From NCBI RefSeq assembly GCF_009914755.1, contig NC_060926.1: a DNA stretch of 64,000 nt; one strand, given 5' to 3'. The DNA is from the human T2T-CHM13v2.0 reference genome, Homo sapiens. Both the position numbers and the translations under genes were made by a program. This document shows positions 15,065-29,061 of the stretch, in pieces. How positions within the stretch are numbered: the stretch's first letter is position 1; the number at the start of each line of letters is the position of its first letter. The notes under the pieces are model-generated. The model was not told the origin of the DNA. It made no database searches and saw nothing but the letters and a program-made list of their open reading frames with translations.

Positions 15065-16275
15065 AATCTATGTCTAAAAGACTTGTATCCAAAATATATT
15101 CAGAATAATAGGAAAACAAAAGCAGGCATGATGGCTTACACTTGTAATCCCAGCACTTTGGTAGACTGAGGCAGCAGGATTGCTTGGGGCCAGGAGTTCG
15201 AGACCAGCCTGGGCAAAATGAGACCCTGTCTCTACAAAAAATAAAAAAAATAGCCAGGCATGGTGGCATGTGCTTGTAGTCCTAGCTACTCAGGAGGCTG
15301 AGGTAGGAGGATTGCTTGAGCCTAGGAGGTTGAGGCTACAGTGAGCTGTGACTGTGCCACTGCACTCCAGCTAGGGTGTCAGATCAAGATCTCATCTCTT
15401 AAAAAAAAAAAAAAAATAAGAGAGAGAAGAAAAGAAAGCAAACAACCTAACAGAAAAATTGGGTCAAAGCTTCAAACAGACACTTCAGCAAAGAAGATAT
15501 ATGAATGCCAAATACATGTAAAGATGCCCAACATCCTTAGACGTTAGTAAAGTTTAAATTAAAACCCCAGTGAAATACTACTATATACTCACTAGAAAGG
15601 CTAAAGTTAAAAAGACTGAGCATACCAAGTGTTGGCTAGGATATGGAACAATTAGAATTCTCATACTCTACTAGTGGGAATGTATAATCACTCTGGAAGA
15701 CAATTTGGCAGTTTCTCAACAAGTTAAATATATACTCACCACGCAGCTCACCTGTTCAATTCCTGTGTATTTACACTAGAGAAATGAAAGCCTAAGTCCA
15801 AAAGGAGACTCGTGCATGATTGTTCCTAGCAAGTTATTTGTTACTAGTTGATGGATACAACATAAATGTCGTTCAACAGCTAAGTACACAAACAAATTGC
15901 AGTATATCCATACAATCGAATACCATTTGGCAATAAAAAGAAACAAGCTACGGATATACCTAACAACATGGCTGAATCTCAAAATAATTATACTGAGTGA
16001 AAAAGCCAGACAAAATAGAATGCATCCTGTATGAGTCCGTTTACTTAAAATTCTAGGAAATGCAAATTAATCTGTATTGACAGAACATAAAACAATCATT
16101 GCCAGGGAGGTGGGGGAGGGGAGGTTGGGTAAGGATTACAAAGGATGATGGCTATGTTCCTTACCATGACAGTGATGATGGTTTTATGGGTATATAAAAA
16201 TATCAAATTGTACACTTTAAACATGTGCAGTTTATTTTACGTCAATTGTACCCCAATAAAGTTGTTTTTAAAAGA
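15065..16275 (+). mobile_element. Old L1M 3' portion (ORF2 end and 3' UTR) interrupted by AluJ
   Basis: aacagacacttcagcaaagaagatata...gtacactttaaacatgtgcagttta...caataaagttg. Confidence 0.85.
15121..15418 (+). mobile_element. AluJ
   Basis: aggattgcttgagcctaggaggttgaggctacagtgagctgtga diagnostics, poly(A) tail. Confidence 0.92.
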
Positions 16276-18470
16276 ATAATCTTTCATATACATTAGAAAA
16301 GTTGTTATACATTCTGTCTTGCTTTCTTAGCCTCCAGCTCCATCTCCAAAACATCTCAAGTCTTCTCTTCCTCAGATTAAACAAGCCCAGCTATTTCCTT
16401 TAAACTTTTACAACCAGAATTAATGTTTCCTTGTGCTCTTTTAAAAAATCAAATCAATAAACACTTAAATCCTAACAATCACACAAGAATTAAAAAACAA
16501 AAAAATTTTTTTGGACAATGTTCTGAATCTTTCACATGTTCTAGACAGGCTCAGAGAAGTTAACTGACTTGCCCAGGCTCACAAAGGGAATGAATGTATG
16601 AGCTAGGATTCAAAGTCAAGTCTGTCTCACTGCAGAGCCTGTGCTAGTTGCAAAAATGAGTGTTCCCCATCTCTGATATTTTTACCACCATAGAAGTGAA
16701 CAACAATAGCACATATTAAAAGAAATTCAATTTTATTCATTTTAAGGACACTTGACAGCTCCAATTATTCAACCAAGTGATGTCAAATTTGTTGGGCCAG
16801 CTTTAATAAACTCACCTGCTGTATTCAGCGGTATGATTTCGTAGTGGTTATTAAGGTAAAAGATTCCCCTCCCCCCAACTTGATTAGATTAAACCTGCTT
16901 TCTAATATTTTGAACAGCCTTTTAATTTGCTTATTCCATCATGAAAAGGTAATTGTCAACTCATACTAGTTTTAGTCACCCTAAATTCTGACAAACAGAA
17001 GCCAAATCAGTGGATTATTTTTCAATATATTCCAAATGAATGCACAATGGAGACTGCTGTGCAAAGTTAGAAGATGAAACAAAACTGATTACATACATCT
17101 ATACCCTGCCACTAATTAAAAATATACTAGTGTTACAAGTATACAGTTTCAATGGTGGTGGTATCTTTGTTCAGAAGCACGGTACATTACTATACAGCTG
17201 AAGCCCTCTAGCATTTAATTAGGCTGCTAATTATGAGAAGAATCACATTGCCTTCAAGTCTTTCCCTGGATTGTGACCAAGACTTGGTATATTAATTTCA
17301 TGGTGATTGTGTTTTAAGATGGGAAACATGTCAGTAAAGAATACTGGTCACATCTTTCAAAGTGTCCAGGTGATGAGATTTTAGCTGTGGCACAGTTTGA
17401 GACATTAATTAGAAGAAAATACTGCTAATTCCCACTGCCAATTTTGATGATCAGATGATATTTTATGTTGGATTTTAAACATGAGTAGCATTCAAAGTCT
17501 TCACAGGGGATACACACATGAATATAAAAAGAAGAAAATTAAGTGACATTCTTTATTTCCGTTTGAGTTCAATCAATTAACAAATTTAGCCTCAATTCAG
17601 TATCATCTTACTCCCCGGCTTTCTTCCTTGCCTATCAAAATAATACTACTAATAATAAAGTCGGTGCAAAATGTATGAGTCACTCTTCAGTCATGCCAAG
17701 TGCATAATCTTCAACCCAAGATTAAAAATAAAGTGCTATGTGTGAAATTCAATACTGTTTAACTTTTGGGTGCTAAAATCTAATAAATATAATATTTCAA
17801 AAGAAATTAAACAATCTGGATCACTTCTGTTCATTTTCATGATTTCATCAGCAGATTTCTATGGCTTTGACTACATTTGCTAGTGTTCAGAGCCTGGGTA
17901 AACTGGTGGAATTTGGCATCACTTAGTTTATAATCTGTATCACCAGTTCATACAAGTCACAGAAAAGTTCTCCACTCCCCTATATACTTCAAAGCATTTC
18001 ATTTATTATTCAAATGGTTCTTCTGACAAAACCATTAGTCAAGAAGAAAGTAAAGAAATCTTATTTTTTAAAAGACACACCTTCCACACCAGACTGCTTT
18101 AACTAACCATGCTATTCTTGGCAAAGTCTTTATTTCCTAAAGAATACATTTAATTTCAACTTTTCTTACCTCTGAGAAGGTCAGGGCTTGTTTTTACTTG
18201 TTTTCACTCAAAGTGAGCTTTTATATATTTTAAGTTTACCTTAACTTCTTCCTAAATCCCTACATCTTCTAGCCTTTTCTAAAGAAAACACTAAATTTAA
18301 ATATGTGCAAGTTATTGAAGTCATAATGAATGTCTCATAACTACCTTCAAATGATGATAGGCATGAGTGCATGAGTTCAATACACACAGGGAAAAAAGAG
18401 ACATCTTTTGGTCAGAGTTCTGAGTTAAGGGCATTTGGGGTTAACGATAAAAAAAGCTTCATGATTTGAA

Positions 18471-18625
18471 ATAGGGTTATTTTCTTTATTTCCCTCTCTC
18501 CCCTCTTCTCTCCTTTCTATCCTAAAAATTCATACTGTAGCTATGTCATAGGGCTATTTTCTTTATTTTCCCTTTCCTCCCTCCCTTCCTTCTTTCTATC
18601 CTAAAATTCATACTGTAGCTATGTT
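18471..18625. repeat. Two-copy diverged tandem duplication, ~77 bp unit
   Basis: ataggg(t/c)tattttctttattt...tttctatcctaaaa(a)ttcatactgtagctatgt repeated at 18471 and 18548. Confidence 0.9.
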
Positions 18626-19262
18626 ACCAGGTAACATGTTTGCAGGGTCTGAGAAGTTTCTTGGCTTGATGAGAAAAACACAACAGTCTAGTCCTAAAAC
18701 CCCACCACCACCCCCGCCCCATCACCAGTGAGGCTAAGAGGGCTGGCTGAATCGTAAGTCAGCAGTCTGATTAGCAAAGATGGGTTGGGTTTTGGACAGA
18801 ACCTAATACAGCAGCATAAGGTGAGATACAAATTTAATACGGTCAAGAAATATATGCTTGGCTACTTAATGGCTGCCAGATACCACAGATGAGGTTGCCT
18901 TACCTAATACTACATTTCTAGTTGTGGAACATATCAATATCACTATTTGATAATCAAAGCCTTAGGCACTACTATTTCAGCCATCAAGTGACCCATTGCC
19001 ACTTCTTTTGGTTCATTTGTAGAAAGAGAGTGGCTATCATGGTTCAGAGTCAATCATTTTCAAGACAGAAAGGGCTCTTTTCCAATCCCAAACTTCCTAG
19101 TATGTTTGTATGATGGTGACAAAATGGTCTCTTCATCTTCTTCTGTTCATTAAGGTATTCGGTACTCACAGTCCCACAGTTCTTAAATGGATACATAATG
19201 CTTTATATGCAACAGCAATCCCATTCAAAATAATGCAGGCCATGCAGCCCACCCATATTGTA

Positions 19263-19552
19263 CAGTTGGCCCTCAGAATCCTCAAAGGATTGGTTCTAGG
19301 ACCCGTGAGATGCTCACGTCCCTTATGTAAAGTATGCACAGTATTTGCATATAACCTATGCATATCCTCTGGTACACCTTAAATAATCTCTAGAATACTT
19401 ATAATATTTAATACAATGTAAATGTTATGTAAGTTGTTATGTTGTATTGTTTTTACATTTGCATTGTGTTTTATTGTTGTGTTTACTTTTTCTCCAAATG
19501 TTTTTGATCTACAGTTGGTTGAATCCATAAATGATTGGATGAGGTCCAACTG
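19263..19552 (+). mobile_element. MER2/MER2B (TcMar-Tigger) DNA transposon
   Basis: TIRs cagttggccctc / gaggtccaactg flanked by TA; internal gtatttgcatataacctatgca. Confidence 0.85.
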
Positions 19553-19602
19553 TATTTGCAACTGTGACTGAAGCACTGGAGCTGTCAGGAAGTAATATTT
19601 AC

Positions 19603-19690
19603 TTTTGTTGTGGTAAAACACACATAACCTAAAATTTACCATTTTAACCATTTTTAAGTGTACAGTTCAGTGGCATCAAGTACATTTACC
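19603..19690 (-). mobile_element. Short L1MB 3' terminal fragment
   Basis: ttgtggtaaaa...aaaatttaccattttaaccatttttaagtgtacagttcagtggcat. Confidence 0.75.
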
Positions 19691-22422
19691 AAGAAGCTTT
19701 ATTTTAGATTCAACTGGACTCTGGCCTTGATGCGTGGATATCTAGTCATTCATTGGTTGATACTCACGTCTTCACAGAGATACATGTCATTCTATTTCCA
19801 GGTAACCTCTTGGCTAGGTATTCGAAGTCAGAGTTCATCCAACATACTATGGTTTGTATGCTTGAGGTGAGGAATGAACCACCAAAATGAAGCATTTGTC
19901 TATTTCCTTCCAGATGAAAGATAGAAACTTTGATCTTCTCTTCCTTGCCATTAAACCTTTCAGAAAATAAGGAACCCACTATTCCTTGACCTTTGGGATT
20001 TTTACAAACTTCAGACTTCAGTTCAGAACACAGACTAGAAACTGTCCAAGAAAAACATGCCCCAAATGAACAGGATATAAACAAAACTGTAACTAGGTAA
20101 TTAATGGTAGGGACTTGACTCCCCTCACTGCTTCTCTGATAACAATCTGGCACTTTATCAGCAGGGTCTTTTATCTGGAAGGATTCACTGTGTTCTGCTG
20201 CTTGGAACTATTCTGGGAGGGCACAAAGACAAGCTTTCATCTTAGAAAGGAAATGGAACTACATCTAGAAGGGGTAAGAAAGAGTTAAAGCTGTAAAAAG
20301 AACTCCAAGTCTTTCCCTGCCAGAAAGGAGAGGTGAATGGAAAACACGATGCCATGCTTCACTGAAAACATGAGAGCAAATTCTAATGGGAAAGAAATCA
20401 CTGCAGTCTTCCAAAGGTGGCAACTTGCTTTCTCCCTTTGTTTCGAGTTCTACATTTTCTCCCCAACGTATTCTATTTATCTTCCTGTCAAAACCAAAGA
20501 AACGTAAACTAATTCATACTATGGCATAAATGACTACTAATAACTTTTAAGTAATTTATGTTTCATTGAGATGTCCATTTTAGAAGGGATCAAAACCATA
20601 TACTAAAAGAATGAAAATCTACAAGGTTTAGCTCATAATGGAGGAGGCATCTGAGAAAATTAAGTGGGTAGAGGGCACTGCTTATGACCTGTCAAATCAT
20701 TTAATATAGGTTTCAATTACCCTAGGGGTAAAGCTGGTCTGGGTCAGTGACTACAGTGGAGTCACATCTGGCCCTTCCAGTGGCATCATTCCTAGGGAAA
20801 AAGGGACTGTTAATGGGAGTATGTATTCATTAGTAGTAGTAGAACGTGCTCCCTTTATTCCCTCTCCAAGCATGGGCACTCCACTCAGATCTCATAACAA
20901 TGTCGTGGACTGGTTATGGAAGAACTCAGGAAAAAACAGGGATTTAAATTCCTCATCCTACTTAGAACTCAGGAATATTTATCCAAGGTTGGGCCAGGGT
21001 GGGTGGCCAATTACAAAATCTAGAGCCTGGGGCTTCTGTGCCAGATCATGGATTGCCCAGCGACACTAGTTCTCTTCTGTCAGGCTGTGGAGCCCCCGAG
21101 GTTCATATCTAGGGCCCTCGTGACGCTTCACGGTGGGTCAGGCAAGGAGGAGGACACAAGGAAGCTGCTCTGCTGGCTAGCTTTCAACGGGGAATTCTAT
21201 CAGGACATGGCATTCTAAAGCTGCTACTTTAGAGACATGTTCAACCACGCAGCAGAATGCAAATCTCTCTCTAGTCAAGCTTTTCTTAAGTCCAGTTTTC
21301 ATTCTGGCTACAAATTAAATTCTGATGTCTTAAATCACACAGAAAAAAGGGTGGGGGGATAATAAATGATTGAATTATAATAATTATATGACCCTGAAGC
21401 TTAACTAGAAAAAATAATTCTATTTCTTAAGTTTCTCTTCAGTAGAATTATGCAGGTTATAATTAGTATTAAGTCAATTTTACTTTTCATTTTATCCAAA
21501 CCAGAAAGAAGCTGAGCAAAAGGGATTCTCCTGGGAAAAAAATGAATAAACATTCAGGCAAGAAACAAACCAATGCTACCCACACATCACCCAAAAAGAC
21601 AGATTATTGTCTGAAAATATTGTCTGTCCACTGCTTTGTAAATTCTTTTCTTGTCTGTGGTGACACATCTGTCAGTAACAATTCAACTTTTCCTGGGCTA
21701 CCTGGATATATTTTTCCACAGTTTCTGCTAAAACAGATGCTTCTTTCCTGTATGATTTAATAACCAAAAGGGAGCAGGCTTATTTACACAGTAGCCTGTA
21801 GATTTCATACAAATATATATTTTGTTAATGCTCCGGACACTGTAGAAACTGAACAGAAAAATCTCATTAATGTTTCTTGGTTTTGTGATTATTCAGACTG
21901 AGGCCTACTACAGCCTACTGTAGGACTGAGAGTTTTCAACTAAAGTAGACAAAAATGTGGCATCTCTTGGGGGCTGGTGGTCAGGGCACAAATGTCCCAG
22001 ATCAGGAATTTTCCCTAATGCAAAAACCCCAGGGGACACATCTCATCCTCCGTGTACCCTCCACACAGGTTTTGGCTGGTAACCTTTGGATAATTATGAA
22101 AAGAGGGAAGTAGGACTATGTACATAAAAGATATAAAATTGGCAAACCAAGGGGGGTGTGAACCCACTTCAGAGGCCTTGGAGTACAGATGATCAACTAA
22201 CAACCAGATGCTATTGTTACTTATCCATTAAAGCAGTTTCCTGAAGTTATTATATGCAATCTTAAGTAACAAAACCTTCCTTTCATACTATTCAGTAATG
22301 TAAACGCTTCACAGATTTAGATTTCCTTTTTTTCCAAATCAGTTTACAATTACTGCATAAGAAAACATTGGCAATTTAAAAAAGTTTCAACACGAATTGA
22401 TATCCTCATGGCTGTTTTCTTT

Positions 22423-22449
22423 TTTTTTTTTTTTTTTTTTGAGACGGAG
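22423..22449 (-). mobile_element. Ultra-truncated Alu (about 9-10 nt of Alu 3' end plus poly(A))
   Basis: T-run + gagacggag between perfect 14-bp TSDs tggctgttttcttt (22409-22422, 22450-22463). Confidence 0.85.
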
Positions 22450-23134
22450 TGGCTGTTTTCTTTATAAGAGAGTAAAAAGAGAAACAATCAAGTTACTATA
22501 TGTGAAAGTACACTCTAAACTTAAATTCTTATGTAAACATTTGCTATTATTGTTTTTTTTTTCTAGCAACCCTAAAGATTTTCAAAATTACGTAAAGCAG
22601 TGGAAACTTAAGATGACATACTAAAGACAGATAGAAAACATATTTTCTAAGAGTTTAAAAATTATGCATAAATAGCAGCCCACAAATAATCTCATTAAGA
22701 TTTTAGGCTTCTTAGCCTCAAGCCACATTCTCTCTTTACTAAGACACTTATAACTGTGCAATGACCCATGATTTCCTATTATAATAAGGAAAATTTCTTT
22801 TGTAAGAAATTCTCAGTGTTTCTCAAGAATCTCAAAACTTCAGTTGAGCCAGTTTTATTTAGCAACCTGTCACAACCACTTAAGCTTTATTGCAAGTTTT
22901 TCTTCCTTTTCTCCTGATTTCAGATTAGAAAATGAGACTACTGCCAACGAAATGCCCAAGGGGGGAAATATCTCAAGAAAGCAAAGTAAGTCCAAATGTT
23001 TGTTAGGTAAAGCTGCAGGTTAATTTTGGCATGCTGAGAACTACCCTGTCATACTTCACAGACACAGCATCATAAACAGATGAGCAAAAGCAAGTATTAC
23101 AGTGTTAAGAGCTAGAATAGCTAAAGCAGTCGCT

Positions 23135-23360
23135 AACAGCATGGGTTCTAGAGTCAGATTGTTTGGGTTCAAATTCACGCCTTATCACTACCAGTATGAG
23201 CTAGGTAGGACACATTTAGAAAGTTCCTACTGCCCAACATTCCCCCCCTCTGTGGAATGGGATAGTAACGACAATGACTTGATAGTGCTGTCATCATGAT
23301 TAAATGAGTTAATATGTGTAAAGTCCTAAAATATTGCCTGGCTTATAGTAAACATTTGCT
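23135..23360 (+). mobile_element. MIR
   Basis: tctagagtcagattgtttgggttcaaatt...gattaaatgagttaatatgtgtaaagt. Confidence 0.75.
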
Positions 23361-23949
23361 AATTATTATCATTTATCACTAATCAGGATGGAAAAAATAG
23401 GAGCAAAGAAGAGATAAGAAGCATCGTCAAAAAGGATACCTCATTATGCCAAAAACTGTATCTGTCTGATTCACCACTCTGTTTCTAGTGCCTGAAACAT
23501 AATTGTTTTCAATAAATATCTGTTGAGTGAATGAATAAATGAATTTGCCCTGACTCCTTAGGGAGTCACTTTTTGAATGTGGGCATATTATGTCTACTCT
23601 CTCTGGGCCTTGGCTTTTCACCTCCAAAGAAAGGAACAAGCACCTGCTACTTGCTACCTCAAACTGATGATAATCAACGTAAGAAGCAAAGCAAATCATT
23701 TCAAGCTTACTGGAGCGCTTTCAGAAGTCAGTGATTTTTTAAACCAATGCTCCTTTGTTACTGGGTATGCATGAACACAGTCACTGACAGCGGGAGGAAC
23801 CTCTGTGCCACCCTGAGTCCTGATTCTGATATGTTTCCCTTAAAGAAGTTCCCTGACTGCAGCTAGCCAGGTAGAGCAAGATGTCAGACATTGTACTAGG
23901 CCCTAAAAGAAGGCTGCTCAAACTTCAGTGTGCAGAGGTAATTGAAATT

Positions 23950-24730
23950 CTCAACTTTTGGATGTGTGTGAGACATGCAGAAGAAGCTGTCCAATAGAAA
24001 GTTGAACTTGTGATTCTATATGAGTTCTAGATCTAGGACTAGGTAAGTGTAGCTGAGTGATAACCCCAGAGAGAGCATGCAAAGTGAAAAAGAAAAGGTT
24101 TGAGGGCAGGACAAACAGGTATACCAATGTTTGAGAGGCAGCGGGAGGAAGGGGGCCCTCCAAGGAGAGATAGAAATAACGGCCAGAGAAGCCACAGAAG
24201 AAAGAACTCAAGAAGAAAGGAGTCTGCAATAGCATCAAACACCAGAGAAAAAGCAGAAATGAGAAGGAATGAAAAGCACCCAGTGGCTTTTTTAATAAGG
24301 AGGTCACTCCTATTTGTTGGTGCAGTTTAGTGAGGCAGTGGAAGAAGCGGCCAGGCTGCAGTGGGTTAAGAAGGGGAAAAGTGGAGACTAAACACAGACC
24401 ACCTTTTCCAAGAGCCTGGCTATAAAACAAAGGAGAGGACTGTGGGTGGAGTGGGTTTCTCCATGGACAGAACCCACACCTGATGGCCTCCACATCTTCT
24501 CTTGCAAATGAGAGGTGATGAGAGTAGGGGTGTTGGGTTGGGCAAGGGCACAAAGTAGGCCCTCAGTAAATACACTTAATGGAAGGATGAACTGGTGATG
24601 AAGAGTGATCACAATATAAAGAGACAGAGAAGAATAAATGGTGAAGAAGAGAATGTCTATAACTGGTTGGAAGGGAGGCAAGATGAGCAGTCAAGAGTCA
24701 CAATGTTCAAAGTGAGTGAGGAAGGAAAAA
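23950..24730 (-). mobile_element. L2 internal fragment
   Basis: Purine-rich degenerate L2-like sequence (gagagcatgcaaagtgaaaaagaaaag..., aggtcact...gcagtttagtgaggcagtgg...gcagtgggttaagaagg). Confidence 0.65.
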
Positions 24731-27539
24731 GTAAAAGGACGTGAGGGTGAAGGTATCCTGAGCAGCTGATGTAACATGTGTAGCTTGTTTTTACTAGAAG
24801 ATTAGAAATAGACGGTGGGGGCCAAGGCCCAGAGGGAAAGGGAAAACCCATTCCAGTCAGAGAAAGCTAACCGAAACACACTATGTCATTATTTTTCCTT
24901 GTCCTCATTTGAAGCCTTCTATAATTTATCTTTACCTTCTTATTCTATTTCCCAATTCTTATTTTCTTCTGGAAGAAAAAAACACATTTTTGATCTAAAA
25001 TGTTCTCTACTGTGTAGGATGACTGCCTATCAGTCAGCATTTGGGGCTTGGTAATGTGAAATCCTTCAATTCAGCATTAAAAATGCCTGCAGAGCACCTT
25101 TGCTACAATTTTTGAGAAACAATTTAAGAACAAGGAAATAAAAGTTCTGTATGGAAAAACACTGTTAAGATACTTTAAAATGTTAAGTATTACTAAATTT
25201 AAATTTTTTTCCCACTACAATTCATTACTTCCACAAGACTTAAATGCAACACTCAGGACAAATACTGTTCTTTATTAAAGTTACCAAAGGTGCACCATCA
25301 ATGGTTTCTCCTGTTAAATAGCAAACCATTTATTTTGTGAATTTCCTGGGTCGCCCTTGGTTCAAGTGGAAGCAAAGCTCTTTATGATGCCTTCCAAGTT
25401 ATGAATCATAAAACTCTCCATCACAATCTTCCCCTTGTTGGATCCCCCTGACTTTTCACTCCTCTCACATGACTTGTTAATCACCATGGGTGATTTCTAA
25501 AAGTCCCTGAGATGGCAGACTGAACTCCCACATTTCTTCCTGCCTTGCTATTTGGGAAAGCCTCCCGGACTTCTCCAACCCACTGATGCTCTTCCCCTTC
25601 TTTGTAGGCCTCAGTCCTTAGTGTATATGTCATATAATTAAGTGGTTAATATACACGGTATCAGGTTCACAAGCATGTATTTTACCTTATTAGCTAGACG
25701 GTAAGTTCTTTAAGCATAAAGACATTTTTCTTTACTTTGCATCTTACCCAAGACCTAACACTAGCTAGGTACACAATGAATGTTTAACAAATACTTGGTT
25801 ACTCAATAAACTGATTAGATTCTAACTTCTAGTATGAATGGCAGCAATAGGCCATAGATTATCATCATTGTCAGAAATTTCACCTAAGAATGGGACTGTG
25901 TGCAGATCAAATCACTTGTTCTAACATGACCTAAACTGGCCTGTTGGGATAACAGATAACACTGAAGAAAAGCTGGTCCCTACAAGTTCTGTTTTTCTAG
26001 TTTGCTTTGTCAATGCATTCCATAAGAGGTGAACTCCTCATTCCTTCTGCTCAAAAACATATTTAGAAAATGGTCTTAAAGAGATCTGGCACCAGAAATG
26101 AAGTTGGCCAGGCCCCTATCTAGGAACTAACAGATAAAAATTGGTGACAGATAACAAGGTATCTTTTTATGCCAGAACTATTTGCAAAAAAAGACACATA
26201 ATGCAAAACATAATTTCATACTACATGCTGAACCTCAGCTACCCTGGGTAGAATTCAGAAATTCAGAGGGCCATGAGTACAGCCCTCCAAATAAAGTGCT
26301 AGGCACAGTAAAAAGGAGGCAGAGTAAGTAGCTGCCCAAACAATGTGATTTCCCCAGCAATAGGAAACAACCTTCCAATCTCTGCTTCTAGATCCTCCCT
26401 ATATAAGGCCTAAAACGCCACCATTAGAGTTTTACTGCTTTATTTCAAAATGTATGTATCTGTAATATACAAATACCCCATGGAAGATAACACTGGGGGC
26501 ATTTACATGTTTTGCAAGTTTGGCCTATAAGCAAAGAAGAAAACTGAGCAGCACTGAACACCTGTGCCTCAACAATCTGGTCCCAAGCCTGACCTGGTAT
26601 CAGACAGTCACATAGTGAAACCAAGGGGCCAGGGTTTCCACAGAATTATGGGATAGCAGAACCCTTTTTTCACCCAACAACTGTTAGCAGATTAGGATGG
26701 CTGGGCAGCGGGGGAAGGGTGGGGGCATACTCCTTTCCTATAATTCCCTTCTCTGAACCTCATGGAATTTAGTAGTAACCACAGACCAGGTAGAGTGCTG
26801 GCCAGGGCAGGAAGTTCTATGTCAACAGTACTGGCAAAGCCCTATTTCTCAGGTGTTTCTACTTGTAATGAGCAAGGCTTGGAGACCCCTGTACTCTCTC
26901 TCCAGGCAACTCTGTTCAAGATACTTTGGGAAATTGGGACAATAAAGAGTTATCTACTATAACCACTCTTTAGAAAAGCATCTCTGACTTCTCAAAGACT
27001 CAGATGTTCTTTTGCTTGTCAGAAAATGTGGCTTAAGCCAACATCTGGAATGGAGAAAAATACAGGAACCACAAAAAAAGGTAATTAAATTAATAAAGAA
27101 TGCTTTTCAGACATAACATCTCATAGGCCAAAAATATGTTTTCAGAACTATCCAGAACACAGTTACAGAAGTTACTTAAATGCTAAATTTTAGTAGATTA
27201 ATTCCTGGAGGGTGCCATTTAAGAGCAAACCACTGTGACTTTTTGGGCCATGCCAAGAATGGCATCCCAACTTCTTTTCTTTGAGAGATCGAAGGACCCA
27301 TAAACAAAAATGTACAAATATTGTCACAGGATTAGAGGCAGGTTGATCATTTCATTCACTGAACATTCAGAATCCACAGCTGAGTTGTTCACCTATTCTG
27401 AAATAAGGCATGCCAAACAGATACCTTGATGATATCCAGTCCAACCTCAGGTGCGCTGCAGATATATGTTCAACATGTGATCAGTTTTCCTTGAAAACTT
27501 AACACTTTTGCTGATGGGCAAACTCAGTATTATGGAAAT

Positions 27540-28105
27540 ATGTTCTTTTCCTTGATAGAGAATACTAATTTTCACAAAATTCTTCTTTAAATTAAAAGCT
27601 GAAATCTATCTTCCATTTTCCCATTGGGAGCAAAAAAGAGAAATTATGCGCCTTCTACCATATGGCAGTCTCTCAAGTATATAAAGACCATTATCATGTT
27701 GCCACTAAGTCTTCTCCAGTCTAACTGTTTCCAGATGTTTGGTTTCCTCCTCATCTTGGTCACCTCCCCTCGACAGATACTAGTTCTTCAGTGACCTTCC
27801 TAAAATGGGGAGCCCAGAACAGAATAATAAGGAGAATAATGTGGGTTTAGGCTAACCAACAGAGTTCAGGGGGACTACAGCCTCCACTATCTGGAAGCAG
27901 CAACAGTGTCATGCTGCTTTCTCATGGTTCACCAGGATATCTCATTCACCAAGATATTTTTTCCCCCACAAAAACTGCTATGAAGCCAGATAGCCCTCAT
28001 TTTGTATGTATATAATTTTGCCTTTTCTTTAAAAAATCAGAATGATATATATCTCTATTAAATGTTATCTTGATAGTCTCATCCCATCAATCCAGTCTTT
28101 CAAGG
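27540..28105 (-). mobile_element. L3/CR1 fragment
   Basis: cagtctctcaagtatataaagaccattatcatgt...ctaagtcttctcc and tggggagcccagaacagaa resemble L3 consensus. Confidence 0.55.
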
Positions 28106-28106
28106 C

Positions 28107-28319
28107 TTTTTTGGGGGACAGGGTCTCGCTCTGTCACCTAGGCTGCAGTGCAGTGGCCCAATCACAGCTCACTTGAGCTGCCTTGACCTCCTGGGCTCAA
28201 GCAATCCTCCCACCGCAGCCTCCCAAGTAGCTGGGACTACAGGCGCAAATCACCAAGTCTGGCTAATTTTTAAAATTTTTTGTAGAGACAGGTTCTCCTT
28301 ATGTTGCCCAGGCTGGTCC
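28107..28319 (-). mobile_element. 5'-truncated AluJ
   Basis: Right arm plus part of left arm. Confidence 0.85.
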
Positions 28320-28786
28320 AGGCTATTTCGAATCTTACTTTTAAATGATGAACTGCATCAGACATACAAAATGATGACAACAACGAAAAGAATCTAGAGA
28401 ATAGGATGACATTCAAGCATTTGCCCAATGCCCAATTTAAGAACACATCACAAATAAAATTGTAGCTTCTAGTACATGGCTCCTCAATTTCACCCCTTTC
28501 CTCCCCATTCAGAGGTAATGGTCTTATGCCTGAATTTGTGTTTGTCAGCTTGAAGGTTATTTTGAATCTTAATTTGCTCACAAATTTGATAAGCATGCAA
28601 TCTAGCTTGCCTTCATTTTTTTTATGGCTACTTTTAGCCATTAACAGCATAATCATAAAGCATCATGCTATAAAGTTGCAAGAGATTCTTTCCCTATCTC
28701 CTCAAAAGAATTTTCACTTGGACTTTCCAGCATTTGAAGCTATGTCACCAGCATCAGTCTTTTGACTTCATATACCTACCAAATAA

Positions 28787-29061
<275 letters not shown>

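Noticed and set aside
23951-24553. 200-aa minus-strand ORF, the longest in the track
   Set aside because: Lies in a degenerate L2 with pyrimidine-skewed composition; no recognisable protein or exon structure
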